Positions 25,648-37,500 are shown, numbered from the stretch's first letter. The stretch: DNA of 64,000 nucleotides from Candidatus Woykebacteria bacterium RBG_13_40_15 (GCA_001816655.1 MHCP01000015.1:96049-160048), one strand, 5' to 3'. Numbers and translations are program-made. The notes: generated from the sequence alone by a model not told the origin.

Positions 25648-27603
25648 ATGAAAGCCAAAGAATTGAAAGAAAAATATTTGAAGTTTTTTGAAAGTAGGAG
25701 ACACAAAGTAATTCCTTCAGCTTCACTTATTCCTTCAACAGAAGTTGAAATTACCGGCACTCAAAAAGTACTTTTTACTACAGCTGGTATGCATCCTCTC
25801 ATCCCGTATTTATTAGGTCAGGAACACGTAGCTGGAAAGCGATTATCCAATGTTCAAAAATGTTTTAGAACCGATGATATAGATGAAATTGGGGACGCTT
25901 GGCATCTAACTTTTTTTGAGATGCTTGGAAACTGGTCCCTTGGAGATCCTGCCTCACCTAACGGTATCGGGCAAGGTGGGTATTGGAAAAAAGAGGCAAT
26001 TCCCTGGTCGATGGAATTTTTAACCAGAGAGTTGGGATTGGAGAAAGAAAAAATTTACGTAAGTGTTTTTGGCGGAGATCCGGAAATCCCTGGTGTGGGG
26101 GCTGATGAAGAAAGTGTTTCAATATGGAAAGACGTCGGAATACCAGAGGAGAGAATTCTCCGCCTGGGTAAGACAGATAATTGGTGGGGGCCGGTCGGGG
26201 AGACAGGACCTTGCGGACCGGATACGGAAATGTTTTACGATACAGGAAAACCGGCTCATGGTTCAGATTGTAAACCGGGTGATAATTGCGGTAAATATGC
26301 GGAAATTTGGAACGATGTTTTCATGGAATTTAATAAAACTGCGGATGGAAAATACGAACCCCTAAAACAAAAAAACGTGGATACTGGAATGGGGGTTGAG
26401 CGAACAACTGCAATTTTGCAGGGAAAAGATAATGTTTATGACACGGAACTCTTTTCACCAATTATAAACGAGATTAAAAATTTAGCTAAAGATTGGGATG
26501 ATCGATCAGGAAGAATTATTGCCGACCATTTGCGTGGATCTACATTCCTTATTAGTGACGGTGTAACTCCAAGTAACGTTGAGACTGGTTATATTTTACG
26601 CCGTCTGATTCGACGTGCCATCCGTTATGGTAAACAACTAGGGATAAATCAGAAGTTTGCTTCTAGAATTGCCGAAGTAACTATTGATACAGATAGAGAT
26701 TCTTATCCGGAACTCGTTCAAAAAAAGGATATTATTAAAAAGGAACTTAGTTTGGAGGAAGACCGCTTTGAAACTGCGATAAGAGAAGGCTTGAAAAAAT
26801 CGCACCGAATCTTCGATTTAAAAGTTCCGATTAGCAATGAAAAATATACAAAGATAATGCAAGCTGTTGGAAAGAGGGAAATGTTTAGAGAAATGTACCG
26901 CGGTGAAGTAGAAAGCAAAGATAAGGATTTAAGTTCAGAATTCGGTGTTAAAATTTCCCAAGAAGAAATTAATAAGGCTACAATTTCCGGTAAAGAAGCC
27001 TTCGATTTATACCAAACACACGGATTTCCTATTGAAATGATTGTTGAATTAGCTCAGGCAAGAAATTTACTAGTTGATATAGAGGATTTCAGGAAAGAAG
27101 TTAAAAATCACCAAGAAGTTTCTCGTGCGGGGTCGGAGAAAAAATTTGCCGGTGGGCTTGCCGATCAATCAGAAATTACGACGAAGGGGCATACAGCCAC
27201 TCATTTGTTACATCAAGCATTGAGAACTGTTCTTGGCGAACATGTCGAACAGAGAGGAAGCAATATTACACCAGAGAGAATTCGTTTTGACTTTTCTCAC
27301 GGGGAAAAATTGACAGATGAGGAAATTAAGAAAGTAGAAGAGCTCGTTAATCAAAAAATAAAAGAAGATCTTCCTGTCAAAAAAGAAATAATGAGTCCCG
27401 GAGAGGCCAAAAAAGCAGGAGCGATTGGTTTGTTTGAAGAAAAGTACAGCGATAAAGTTTCAGTTTACTCAGTAGGTAATTTTTCTAAAGAAATCTGTGG
27501 TGGGCCGCATGTAGAATACACAGGCCAACTTGGAAAATTCAAAATAATAAAGGAAGAAGCTTTGGGTTCTGGACAGAGGCGTATCAGAGCTGTGTTAGAA
27601 TAA
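25648..27603 (+). CDS. alaS: Alanyl-tRNA synthetase (compact, lacks C-Ala domain)
   Basis: Catalytic motifs FTTAGM and WHLTFFEMLGNWSLGD. Editing domain with HTATHLLH...CGGPHV. 651 aa. Confidence 0.9.
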   Translation: MKAKELKEKYLKFFESRRHKVIPSASLIPSTEVEITGTQKVLFTTAGMHPLIPYLLGQEHVAGKRLSNVQKCFRTDDIDEIGDAWHLTFFEMLGNWSLGDPASPNGIGQGGYWKKEAIPWSMEFLTRELGLEKEKIYVSVFGGDPEIPGVGADEESVSIWKDVGIPEERILRLGKTDNWWGPVGETGPCGPDTEMFYDTGKPAHGSDCKPGDNCGKYAEIWNDVFMEFNKTADGKYEPLKQKNVDTGMGVERTTAILQGKDNVYDTELFSPIINEIKNLAKDWDDRSGRIIADHLRGSTFLISDGVTPSNVETGYILRRLIRRAIRYGKQLGINQKFASRIAEVTIDTDRDSYPELVQKKDIIKKELSLEEDRFETAIREGLKKSHRIFDLKVPISNEKYTKIMQAVGKREMFREMYRGEVESKDKDLSSEFGVKISQEEINKATISGKEAFDLYQTHGFPIEMIVELAQARNLLVDIEDFRKEVKNHQEVSRAGSEKKFAGGLADQSEITTKGHTATHLLHQALRTVLGEHVEQRGSNITPERIRFDFSHGEKLTDEEIKKVEELVNQKIKEDLPVKKEIMSPGEAKKAGAIGLFEEKYSDKVSVYSVGNFSKEICGGPHVEYTGQLGKFKIIKEEALGSGQRRIRAVLE

Positions 27604-27630
27604 GATATAATAAAGAGGGTAAACCTGACC

Positions 27631-28596
27631 ATGCCTTTTAATATCCTGCAAAGAAAACCAAAGAATCAAAATTTTTTTGTTTTAGAGATAGGGTTGGAAA
27701 GAGTAACCTGCGCTATTTTTAACAAGGAAGATTCTCAACTCAAATTGGCAGGAGTAGGACGGAAGAAATTTTCCTCTCATGAAGACATCTTTAACTCCAG
27801 CATTGAAGCTCTCGACGCTTTATCCGCAATTGTCCCGGACATTCCAGAAAAAGGGATTTTAGGTATCTCTGGAGGTTCTCTAGAAACGATAACCACAATT
27901 GCTAGATACGAGCGGCCAAAGGCGACAAAACCCATTGATCACAAAGAAACAGAACAAGTCTTAAATCAAGTTATCGAAAATCTTGATAAAACAAACAAAA
28001 AAATATTTTTTTCCACAATCTCAGGTGCAAAAATTGATGGTGTCTCGGTAACAAACCCACTTGGCCTAAGGGGGCAAAAAGTAGAGCTATCGTGTTTTGT
28101 CGCTTTTCAATCCGAGGTGGAAGTTGAGCTTCTCAATAGGCTGGTTGGAGAAATCGAAATCGATGTTAAGAAAATGCTTCCAACAAGCTTTTCCGTTTGC
28201 AAAATTCTAGAGCAAAAAGAAGTAAAGAATGCACTCCTTTTTAGAGTAGGTTTGGCCAAAAGCGAAATTACTATTTTGGAGGAGGGGCACGTTTCAGATA
28301 TATATCCTTTCGACTTAGGCATGAATAACCTTTCTTATATTCAATTTGCCTGGGAGGCAGCACTTAAAGATATCGAAAAAGAACATGCCCCGTCACTAAT
28401 CTGGTTATTAGCTGATAACGATGAGGCCGAGTTGGAAAAGCTTAAAGAAGAGTTAAAGTCATACGATTGGCAATCAAAAATAAATATTCCAATTAACCCA
28501 AAGGTAGAAATTGTATCAAGTGTGCATCACTTTTCAGTTTCGGACATAACTCTTTACGCTTTGGCGCAAGAAGGAACTACAAATGAAGATTCTTAG
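27631..28596 (+). CDS. Hypothetical protein, weak FtsA/PilM-like actin-fold resemblance
   Basis: 321 aa. The N-terminal FVLEIGLERVTCAIF pattern resembles the phosphate-1 loop of actin-like ATPases. Weak evidence. Confidence 0.35.
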   Translation: MPFNILQRKPKNQNFFVLEIGLERVTCAIFNKEDSQLKLAGVGRKKFSSHEDIFNSSIEALDALSAIVPDIPEKGILGISGGSLETITTIARYERPKATKPIDHKETEQVLNQVIENLDKTNKKIFFSTISGAKIDGVSVTNPLGLRGQKVELSCFVAFQSEVEVELLNRLVGEIEIDVKKMLPTSFSVCKILEQKEVKNALLFRVGLAKSEITILEEGHVSDIYPFDLGMNNLSYIQFAWEAALKDIEKEHAPSLIWLLADNDEAELEKLKEELKSYDWQSKINIPINPKVEIVSSVHHFSVSDITLYALAQEGTTNEDS

Positions 28597-30091
28597 GTTT
28601 GAAGAGACGAACAATTTAATAGATTGCTTGGAAGCTATAAAAGCCGAGGAAGATACCGAAATTAAAATTTTCACAGCAGAAAGCGAGTTTCTCAAAAAAA
28701 ATCTCAATAGAGAAATTATCCAACTAGTAGCCAAGAATTCGAAAAAAACTGTAAGTTTTGAAGAAACTGCCCCAAAGATAAGCGAGGCCCAAGCAGAAAT
28801 TACAGAAAGAACTGAACAAGCAGAGGCTCCAAAAGAAAATTTGGGTTTTGTGGAAGGAAGGGATGTAGCTGCCCCAACCGCACAAGAAGAGCCTTTGGTG
28901 CCCGAATCTAAAAAAGGATTTAAGCTACCCTCCTTCAAGTTTCCAAAGGGGAAGAAGCTTTATATCATAGCAGGTACTTGCCTTGCAATTTTTTTGATTG
29001 CTGCCTTAACATTTGTGTTTTTACCAAGCGCAAACGTTATTATTTCTACAGAAGCTAATTTCAAAGAAAGCGAGCTAACCCTGACTGCTTCTAAATCTGC
29101 AAGTTCTCCCGATTCTGCTAAAGGTATAATCCCACTTAAAATATTAGATGTAAATGAAGAGGATAATATTGAAGAGAATTCTAGTGGGACAAAAACGACT
29201 GGAACCACCGCCAAGGGAAGAGTGAAAATTGTGAATCGTGATACAGCAAATGGGAAAACTTTCTTTCAAGGTACAGTTATCACAAGTTTGTCAAATCAAT
29301 CTTTGGCATTCAGTTTAGATAGAACGGCGACGATTTCTGCTGCTCCCGCTGGTTGCGAGGCCGATTGTCCGCAAGTTGGAGTTGATGTTACAGCAAAAAC
29401 TATTGGAGAACAAAGTAATTTAAGTTCAGGTACTGTTTTCAAGATAGGGGATGCGAATATTAACTTCGTTTTTGCCAAAAATGATACCAATTTTACCGGC
29501 GGTACTAGTAGGAAAATTACAGTCGTTTCCGCTAATGATCAGAAAAACGCCAAAGAGGATTTATTGAAAAAATTAGAAACAAAGGCCAAAGAAGATTTTC
29601 AGGAGAAAAACCCGGACTTTATAATTCCGGAAGGAGGATTAACGTTTAGTGTAATTAACGAGGTTTATAGCAAGGCTATTGGTGAAGAAGCGCAAAACTT
29701 TCGTTTAAGTATGCAGGTAAAATTTACTGCAAACGCCTTTTCAGAAGATACGTTGAAAGAATTGCTAATAGGTTCTATATCTTCAAATATACCTAGTGGC
29801 TACGGGGTAGATGAGAAAGATTCTAAAATAACTAGCGAAGTCTTGGAAAAAACCGGCGAAGATCTTAAGATCTTAGGGAAAATTAAAGCGAGCTTAATAC
29901 CATCTCTAAATTCAAATGAAATAAAGGCAAAGATATCTGGTAAAAGTTTCTCCAGGGTGGATAGTTACCTACGATCCTTAAATAGCGTCTCAGGTTTTGA
30001 GATTAAGATATCCCCTTCTCTGTTCCGGTTTTTTGGTATACTACCAGTCGTAAAAGATAGAATTAAAATTGAAATAGCGCAAGGAAATTAA
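28583..30091 (+). CDS. Membrane-anchored hypothetical protein (single TM, large extracytoplasmic domain)
   Basis: 502 aa with a TM at about residues 125-150. No recognisable domain. Confidence 0.4.
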   Translation: MKILRFEETNNLIDCLEAIKAEEDTEIKIFTAESEFLKKNLNREIIQLVAKNSKKTVSFEETAPKISEAQAEITERTEQAEAPKENLGFVEGRDVAAPTAQEEPLVPESKKGFKLPSFKFPKGKKLYIIAGTCLAIFLIAALTFVFLPSANVIISTEANFKESELTLTASKSASSPDSAKGIIPLKILDVNEEDNIEENSSGTKTTGTTAKGRVKIVNRDTANGKTFFQGTVITSLSNQSLAFSLDRTATISAAPAGCEADCPQVGVDVTAKTIGEQSNLSSGTVFKIGDANINFVFAKNDTNFTGGTSRKITVVSANDQKNAKEDLLKKLETKAKEDFQEKNPDFIIPEGGLTFSVINEVYSKAIGEEAQNFRLSMQVKFTANAFSEDTLKELLIGSISSNIPSGYGVDEKDSKITSEVLEKTGEDLKILGKIKASLIPSLNSNEIKAKISGKSFSRVDSYLRSLNSVSGFEIKISPSLFRFFGILPVVKDRIKIEIAQGN

Positions 30092-30092
30092 G

Positions 30093-31094
30093 ATGCAATC
30101 AGCCTGGATCGAAAAACCGCAGTTTGGCAAAGCCTTCAAATTATTAATTAGTCTTTTTATAATTTCAGTAATTTCTGTCGGGAGTTTGACGATTTGGGTT
30201 AACTGGTCGCTTTCAGCGCCAAGCAGCGATGGTAGCAAAAAGATATTTGTTATAAAAAGCGAGGAGTCTGTCAGTTCTTTCTCAAAAAGATTGGGAGAGG
30301 AAAATTTAATAAGGAACGCGTTTATGTTCAACCTATATTTAAAATTAAGTGGGTTGGACCGTAAAATTCAAGCCGGTAGTTTTTCCTTGCCAAAAAATTT
30401 AGCCGCTGAAGAACTAGCGAAAGAGTTAACTGAAGGCAGACTCGATAAATGGATAACCTTTGTTGAAGGTTTGAGAAAAGAACAGGTGGCAGAAATTTTA
30501 TCCCAGAATTTTGATATCGACAAACAGAATTTTTTAGAAAGTGTTAAAGAAGGATATCTTTTCCCAGATACATACCTGATACCTATTAAAGCTAGCGAGA
30601 AGCAGATTATTTCTATTTTTGACAAAACATTTAGCGAAAAGGTCACGCCCGACATTATTTTAGAAGCCGAAAAAAAAGGTTTGAATAAAGACCAAATGAT
30701 AAATTTGGCTTCTATTGTGGAAAGAGAAACAAGGAATCAACAGGAACGCCCGATAGTTGCGGGCATTTTGATAAAAAGATGGAAAGAGGGTATGCTTCTT
30801 GCGGCAGACGCAACTGTGCAATACGCTTTAGGTTATAGTAGTGAAGAAAAAAATTGGTGGAGGAAGAATATAACTGCGCAGGACCTGGAATTTTCAAGCC
30901 CTTATAATACAAGATTGAATGTGGGTTTACCTCCGGGGCCGATTTGTAGCCCAAGTCTCGCATCAATAAAAGCGGTTGTAGAAGCCACAGAAAGCCCGTA
31001 TTATTTCTATCTTCATAATAAAAATGGCAATATTTATTACTCAAAAACTTACGAGGAGCATCTGCAAAAAGTAAACCAATACTTAGGGGACTAG
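30093..31094 (+). CDS. mltG: Endolytic murein transglycosylase MltG (YceG-like)
   Basis: N-terminal TM helix. YceG motifs LASIVERE, DATVQYAL and YNTRLNVGLPPGPICSP. Confidence 0.85.
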   Translation: MQSAWIEKPQFGKAFKLLISLFIISVISVGSLTIWVNWSLSAPSSDGSKKIFVIKSEESVSSFSKRLGEENLIRNAFMFNLYLKLSGLDRKIQAGSFSLPKNLAAEELAKELTEGRLDKWITFVEGLRKEQVAEILSQNFDIDKQNFLESVKEGYLFPDTYLIPIKASEKQIISIFDKTFSEKVTPDIILEAEKKGLNKDQMINLASIVERETRNQQERPIVAGILIKRWKEGMLLAADATVQYALGYSSEEKNWWRKNITAQDLEFSSPYNTRLNVGLPPGPICSPSLASIKAVVEATESPYYFYLHNKNGNIYYSKTYEEHLQKVNQYLGD

Positions 31095-31217
31095 TTACCT
31101 ATTGACAAAGCCTAAAGAAACAGTTATCTTTAGTTAGTAATTGAATAAAGATTACGAACGTACGTTGTACGCGCGTTATTTTTTTGTAAAAAAAGGGATT
31201 TATTTCAAAGTTATCAG

Positions 31218-34200
31218 ATGACTAATCGTAAAGTTTTTGGGACAATTGGAAAAGGATTTCCCTTAATAAATTTAATTCAACCACAAAAAGATTCTTATCA
31301 ATGGCTTTTGGACGAGGGAATAAATCAACTACTTGAAGAAATTTCTCCAATTGAAGATTTCACTGGAAAAAATTTTGCTCTTTATTTCCTTGATTACTCT
31401 CTTGGGGAGCCGAAATATTCTCCAAAGCTGGCTTTAGAAAAAGGAGTGACTTATGCCGCTCCGATAAAGGTTAAAAGCAGACTCCTAAACAAACAGACAG
31501 GGGAAAGTCTGGAACAAGAAGTGTTTTTAGGTGACATTCCATTGATGACAGACTCTGGCACCTTTATTATTAACGGAGTCGAAAGAGTAATAGTAAACCA
31601 ACTAACCCGAAGCCCCGGGATTTTTTATACCTCCGGGCTGGATCCTACTACTGGAAGGGACTTATTTAGAGCGGAGCTCCGAGCTATGCGAGGTAGTTGG
31701 TTGGAATTCGAAACTGCTAAAAATGATTTAATTTCGGTGCGTATTGACAGAAAAAGAAGAATTCCCGCGACCACATTTTTGAGGACGATTGGTTATGGGG
31801 TCACAGAAAAAATCAAAGAGACATTCGATGATGTTGACACCAATCCAGACCACAGATACATAGAAACTACACTTGTCAAGGACTCAACAGAGACAGCCGA
31901 AGAGGCCTTTCTAGAAATTTACCGTAGAATGAGGCCTGGAGACCCTCCTATATTAGAAAACGCAAAATCATTTTTGGAAAATCTTTTCTTCAATCGTCAG
32001 CGCTATTCTCTAAGCAAAGTTGGTCGTTATAAGTTGAACAAACGCCTTGGACTTTCGATACAGAACGATTCTGATCACTGGATACTTTCACCAGAGGATA
32101 TTGTTGGCGCAATAAAAATTCTAATTAAATTAAATAATGGTGAAGGGGAAGCGGATGATATTGATCATCTTGGAAACCGGAGAGTTAGAGCGGTTGGAGA
32201 ATTGATACAAAATACTTTACGGATCGGCCTTCTCCAAATGGAAAGAGTAGTCAAGGAAAGAATGAGTCTATCAGCAGATCTTACAGCGGTAACCCCTACT
32301 ACTTTGATTAATGCAAGGCCAATTGTGGCTCGTTTAAACGAATTTTTTGCTGGTAGTCAGCTGTCACAGTTTATGGATCAGATAAATTCCCTTTCAGAAC
32401 TTGAGCACCTAAGGCGTTTATCAGTTTTGGGTCCGGGTGGTTTGACTAGAGAAAGAGCGAGCTTCTCTGTCCACGACATTAATAACTCACAATTCGGTAG
32501 AGTGGATCCTATTAAATCTCCTGAAGGCCCAAGCATTGGTTTAATTACTCATTTAGCATTGATGACTAAAATTAACGAGTATGGCTTCTTAGAAACCCCC
32601 TACCGAAGAGTAAAAAAGGAAAATGGGAAAGTAAAACTAACTGACGAAATTGTTTGGCTCATGGCCGATGATGAAGAGGATTTCTATATTACTCACGCCA
32701 ATCTTGAAGTTGATAAAAGTGGATTTATTTTGGATAAAAGAGTACCTTTCCGGCACAAAGGCGGTTTCACTAGTGGGCCAGCATCTCAGATCGACTACGT
32801 TTGTACGACATCATGGCAAATGTTAGGGGCGAGCTCCTCTGTTATACCTTTTTTGGCTCATGACGACGCTAACAGAGCTCTTATGGGCGCCAATATGCAG
32901 AATCAAGCGGTTCCTCTAGTTAAGCCGCAATCTCCAGTTGTTGGTACAGGTATGGAGGGAGTAGTCGCCGAAAATATTGGCAGAACAGTAAGAAGCCCAG
33001 TGGATGGTGTTGTAGTTTTTGCAGATGCAAACGAAATTATTTTAAAGGGGAAGGACAAGAAAGGGTATAAGTTTCCTCTTACTAAATTTGAAAAATCAAA
33101 TCAAAATACATGCTATTCCCAAAGGCCCCTAGTTTTAGAGGGTCAAAAGGTTAAGCAGGGCGATTTGTTAGTGGATGGGCCAGTTACAGAAAATGGCGAG
33201 TTATCTCTTGGCCAGAATCTATTAATTGCATATATGAGCTGGGAGGGTTATGGGTATGAGGATGCAATAATAATTTCCGATAGATTGGTTCGTGACGACA
33301 CTTTAACTTCGATTCATATTGAGGAATATGAGAGCTCAGTTAATGAAACAAAATTAGGACCCGAAGAAACTACTAGAGATATTCCTAATGTTGGAGAGGA
33401 AGCGTTAGCAAATTTGGAGGAGCAAGGAATTGTTTATGTAGGAGCAGAGGTAGGACCGAATGATATTTTGGTGGGTAAGATTACCCCTAAAGGTGAAACT
33501 GAGTTGACGGCAGAAGAAAGACTGCTACGGGCAATTTTTGGTGAGAAAGCCCGAGAAGTAAGAGATACTTCTTTGCGTATGCCAAACGGCGAGCGGGGAA
33601 CTGTCGTCGGTGTACAAATTCTTTCTAAAGAAGCTGGCGATGAATTGGAGCCAGGAGTAATACGCTTGATAAAAGTGAAAGTTGCTCAAACAAGGAAAAT
33701 TACAGTAGGAGATAAATTAGCGGGCCGTCACGGTAATAAAGGAGTTATTTCACGAGTAGTGCCGGTTGAAGATATGCCATATCTTGAGGATGGTACTCCG
33801 ATTGATATTATTATTTCCCCCCTTTCAGTTATCTCAAGAATGAATCTTGGACAACTTTTGGAAACCCATTTAGGGTGGGCGGCTTCTAAACTCGGACACA
33901 AAGTAGCTATACCCCCATTTGGGGGTTTTACTGAGGGTGAATTGGAAGAAGAGTTGGAAAAAGCAGGCCTTCCAATAAGCGGAAAAACAACCCTGTTCGA
34001 CGGAAAGAGCGGCGAGGCTTTCGAGAATCCCATTACTGTAGGTATAGCTTATATTATGAAATTAGTGCACATGGTTGATGAGAAAGTTCATGCAAGAAGC
34101 ACAGGCCCCTATTCATTAGTTACTCAACAGCCATTAGGCGGTAAGGCTCAGATGGGAGGGCAACGGCTAGGCGAGATGGAGGTTTGGGCGCTCGAGGCAT

Positions 34201-34577
34201 ATGGAGCCGCCCATAGTCTTCAGGAAATGTTAACAATAAAAAGCGATGATGTAGTTGGAAGAGCAAAAGCCTTTGAGGCAATAGTTAAGGGTACAGATAT
34301 TCCTGAAGCTACAGTTCCTGAATCATTCAAAGTTCTTGTGAAAGAATTAAACGGACTTGGGTTAAAGATAGAACTCCTTTGGGCTAAAGTCGAAGAAGAG
34401 AAAAAACCCAGTGAGGCAGAGGCTGAAGTTGAAGAAAAAATAGAAGAAGAAGCAAAAGAACTAGCTAGTGTTTCTGGCGAAGAAGAAGTTGTAAAGGAAA
34501 ATGAAGTCGAGGAAGTGCTATCTTTAGAGCAAGTTCCTGGGGCAGAAACTTTTAGCAGAGAGGAGAAACCATCATAG
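31218..34577 (+). CDS. rpoB: DNA-directed RNA polymerase subunit beta
   Basis: 1119 aa with conserved RpoB regions throughout. Confidence 0.97.
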   Translation: MTNRKVFGTIGKGFPLINLIQPQKDSYQWLLDEGINQLLEEISPIEDFTGKNFALYFLDYSLGEPKYSPKLALEKGVTYAAPIKVKSRLLNKQTGESLEQEVFLGDIPLMTDSGTFIINGVERVIVNQLTRSPGIFYTSGLDPTTGRDLFRAELRAMRGSWLEFETAKNDLISVRIDRKRRIPATTFLRTIGYGVTEKIKETFDDVDTNPDHRYIETTLVKDSTETAEEAFLEIYRRMRPGDPPILENAKSFLENLFFNRQRYSLSKVGRYKLNKRLGLSIQNDSDHWILSPEDIVGAIKILIKLNNGEGEADDIDHLGNRRVRAVGELIQNTLRIGLLQMERVVKERMSLSADLTAVTPTTLINARPIVARLNEFFAGSQLSQFMDQINSLSELEHLRRLSVLGPGGLTRERASFSVHDINNSQFGRVDPIKSPEGPSIGLITHLALMTKINEYGFLETPYRRVKKENGKVKLTDEIVWLMADDEEDFYITHANLEVDKSGFILDKRVPFRHKGGFTSGPASQIDYVCTTSWQMLGASSSVIPFLAHDDANRALMGANMQNQAVPLVKPQSPVVGTGMEGVVAENIGRTVRSPVDGVVVFADANEIILKGKDKKGYKFPLTKFEKSNQNTCYSQRPLVLEGQKVKQGDLLVDGPVTENGELSLGQNLLIAYMSWEGYGYEDAIIISDRLVRDDTLTSIHIEEYESSVNETKLGPEETTRDIPNVGEEALANLEEQGIVYVGAEVGPNDILVGKITPKGETELTAEERLLRAIFGEKAREVRDTSLRMPNGERGTVVGVQILSKEAGDELEPGVIRLIKVKVAQTRKITVGDKLAGRHGNKGVISRVVPVEDMPYLEDGTPIDIIISPLSVISRMNLGQLLETHLGWAASKLGHKVAIPPFGGFTEGELEEELEKAGLPISGKTTLFDGKSGEAFENPITVGIAYIMKLVHMVDEKVHARSTGPYSLVTQQPLGGKAQMGGQRLGEMEVWALEAYGAAHSLQEMLTIKSDDVVGRAKAFEAIVKGTDIPEATVPESFKVLVKELNGLGLKIELLWAKVEEEKKPSEAEAEVEEKIEEEAKELASVSGEEEVVKENEVEEVLSLEQVPGAETFSREEKPS

Positions 34578-37500
34578 ATGAACGAAATAAGAGACTTTGA
34601 AGCGTTAAGAATGATATTGGCGTCATCGGAAGATATTCTTTCGTGGTCACACGGTGAGGTTACAAAACCGGAAACAATAAACTACCGAACTTTTAAACCC
34701 GAAAAAGATGGTTTGTTCGACGAAAAAATTTTTGGGCCAACAAAAGATTGGGAGTGTTATTGTGGGAAATACAAACGAATAAGATATCGGGGAGTTATTT
34801 GTGATAAATGTGGAGTCGAAGTGACTCAATCTAAAGTTAGGCGCGAAAGAATGGGCCATATAAAATTAGCCGCGCCAGTTGCTCACGTTTGGTTTTTCAA
34901 AGGAACCCCTTCAAAGCTCTCCCAACTTTTAGACATAACCCCCCGTTACTTAGAAGCCGTTGTTTATTTTGCAAACTATTTAGTGATTGAGACTGACGAG
35001 GAAAAGAGAAAACGTGTTTTGGATGAAATAGGAAAATTCTTTAAAAACCAGGCCGAACTTATTCAAAAAGATTTTAGCGATCGTGCGAAAGAGACCGATA
35101 AAGATCTAAAAGAGGAACTGAAAAAACTCAACGTTAAGAATAAAGAACAAAGGGAAATAATAGCCGAAGAACTCGAACTTAAAGCAAAAGCAAGACGCAA
35201 TGCCCTGAGGGAAGAAGAAGCCGCGGAGTTAGCAAAGAATGAAGAGCTACGTAATTCAACGAGTGAAAAGGTAAAATTTATCAAGAAACTTTCAGTAATT
35301 TCTGAAGAAGAGTATCATAGGTTGAAAAATTACGGCGCAGAAGATTTTATGAAAGTTGGAATGGGGGCAGAAGCAATTTTGGAACTGCTAAAATCACTAG
35401 ACCTGGATAAGCTTTCCAATACCCTACGAGAAGAAGTTAAAAATTCCTCAGGGCAGAAGTTGTTGAAAGCCACAAAGAGATTGCGTGTGGTTGAGGGGTT
35501 TCGTCAAGCAGGAATAAAACCAGATTTCATGATCATGGCCGTTTTACCGGTTATTCCCCCAGATCTTCGTCCGATGGTTCAATTATCTGGTGGGCGGTTC
35601 GCAACTAGTGATTTAAATGATCTTTACAGAAGGGTTCTAAATCGGAACAATCGGCTGAAGCGGTTAACTGACCTAGGTGCACCAGAAATTATTTTGCGAA
35701 ATGAGAAGAGAATGCTCCAAGAGGCTGTTGATGCACTAATCGACTCAGCACAGCGAACTACTCCCACAAGGGCTGGTGTTCAAGTACTCCGTTCATTATC
35801 CGATATGCTAAAAGGAAAACAAGGAAGATTTCGACAAAATCTTCTTGGAAAACGGGTTGATTATTCTGGAAGAAGTGTAATAGTTGTTGCCCCAGATATT
35901 AAATTAAATGAGTGCCGAGTTCCAAAGGAAATGGCCTTGGAGCTATTTAAGCCTTACGTCCTTCGAGAACTGATTTTCCAAGGTTATGCACCGAATGTAA
36001 AAAGCGCAAAACACGTTTTTGAAAGAAGAGGACCGGAGGTTTGGGATATTCTCGAGTCTATTACAAAAGAGCACCCAGTTTTGTTAAATAGAGCTCCTAC
36101 TTTGCATAGACTTGGTATGCAATCCTTTTATCCGATTCTGACAGAAGGTAATGCCATTGGTATCCACCCCTCTGTATGTGCGGGTTACGGTGCCGATTTT
36201 GATGGCGATCAGATGGCAATTCATGTTCCACTAGCTTCTGCTGCGCAAGAAGAGGCGCTCAATTTAATGATGTCAACCAACAATCTTTTAAGGCCTGCTG
36301 ACGGGGAACCAATAATGACTCCAAACCACGATGTATTTTTAGGTATTTACTATATTACCCTTTTGGACGATGGGGAAGCAAAACACGTTTTTGATGAGGA
36401 AGAAGCAGTAAGGGCGTATTATTTGGGAAATATAGGTTTACGAGAAAAAATAAAAATTATTCGGGAAGGAAAGTCTATCGAAACTTCCGCTGGAAGGATT
36501 TTTTTCAACTTAGCACTACCCATCGAGATGAGATTTATAAACGATGTAATAAAAGGGCCAGATGTTAAAAAGCTACTGGTTGAGTGTCAAAGTCGTTTTG
36601 GGAAGAAGGCCACCGTAGATTTAATTGATGCTTTGAAAGACTTAGGTTTTCATTTTGCTACTACCTCTGGTATTTCAATAGCAATATCCGATGCTGAAAT
36701 AATTTCAGAAAAGAAAAAACTTATCGATGAAGCAGACTCTAAGGTGGAAGAAATTGAGAAGAACTTTAACAGAGGATTAATCACGGAGGCTGAGAAGACG
36801 AGATTATCTCAAGAAGTTTGGGCTACTTTGACAACCAAGATAGATGAACTAACTTGGGAGTCAATGGATGAAGAGAATTCATTAAAAATGATTCAAGGCT
36901 CTGGGGCTCGTGGAAGTAGAGACCAAATAAAGCAACTTGCTGGGATGCGTGGTTTGGTCGCAGACCCAATGGGGAGAATTGTTGAACTTCCAAGTAAGAG
37001 TAACTTCCGTGAGGGTCTTGAGGTATTCGAATACTTTACATCGACCAGAGGTGCCAGAAAAGGGTTGGTAGATAAAGCATTGAAGACTGCCGATGCAGGC
37101 TATCTTACAAGAAGACTGGTCGACGTCGCCCATGATGTAATAGTTCGTGAAGAGAATTGTGGCGCAAAAGACGGAATAACCTTAGAAAGAGTAGGTGAAA
37201 ATAATTTTGCTCAAAGACTTTTAGGTCGAGTAGTCGCAGAAGATATTAAAGATAAGAACAAAGTAATTGTGAAAAGGAACGAGATAGTTACAGAGGCACA
37301 TTTGGACTTAATCGAAAAAGCAAATGTACCACAGGCAGTTATTAGGTCCACTCTCACCTGTGAATCAAAATATGGTATTTGTCAATTATGCTACGGCAGA
37401 GATTTGGCTACTAAGGAGCCAGTAAAAATCGGTACGCCTGTTGGTGTGATAGCCGCTCAATCTATTGGTGAGCCAGGAACACAGTTAACGATGCGTACAT

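Noticed and set aside
26063-26365. Internal plus-strand ORF inside alaS, and many antisense ORFs inside rpoB/rpoC/fusA/tuf/pnp/ftsK
   Set aside because: They are embedded in, or antisense to, long conserved housekeeping genes and have no independent support.
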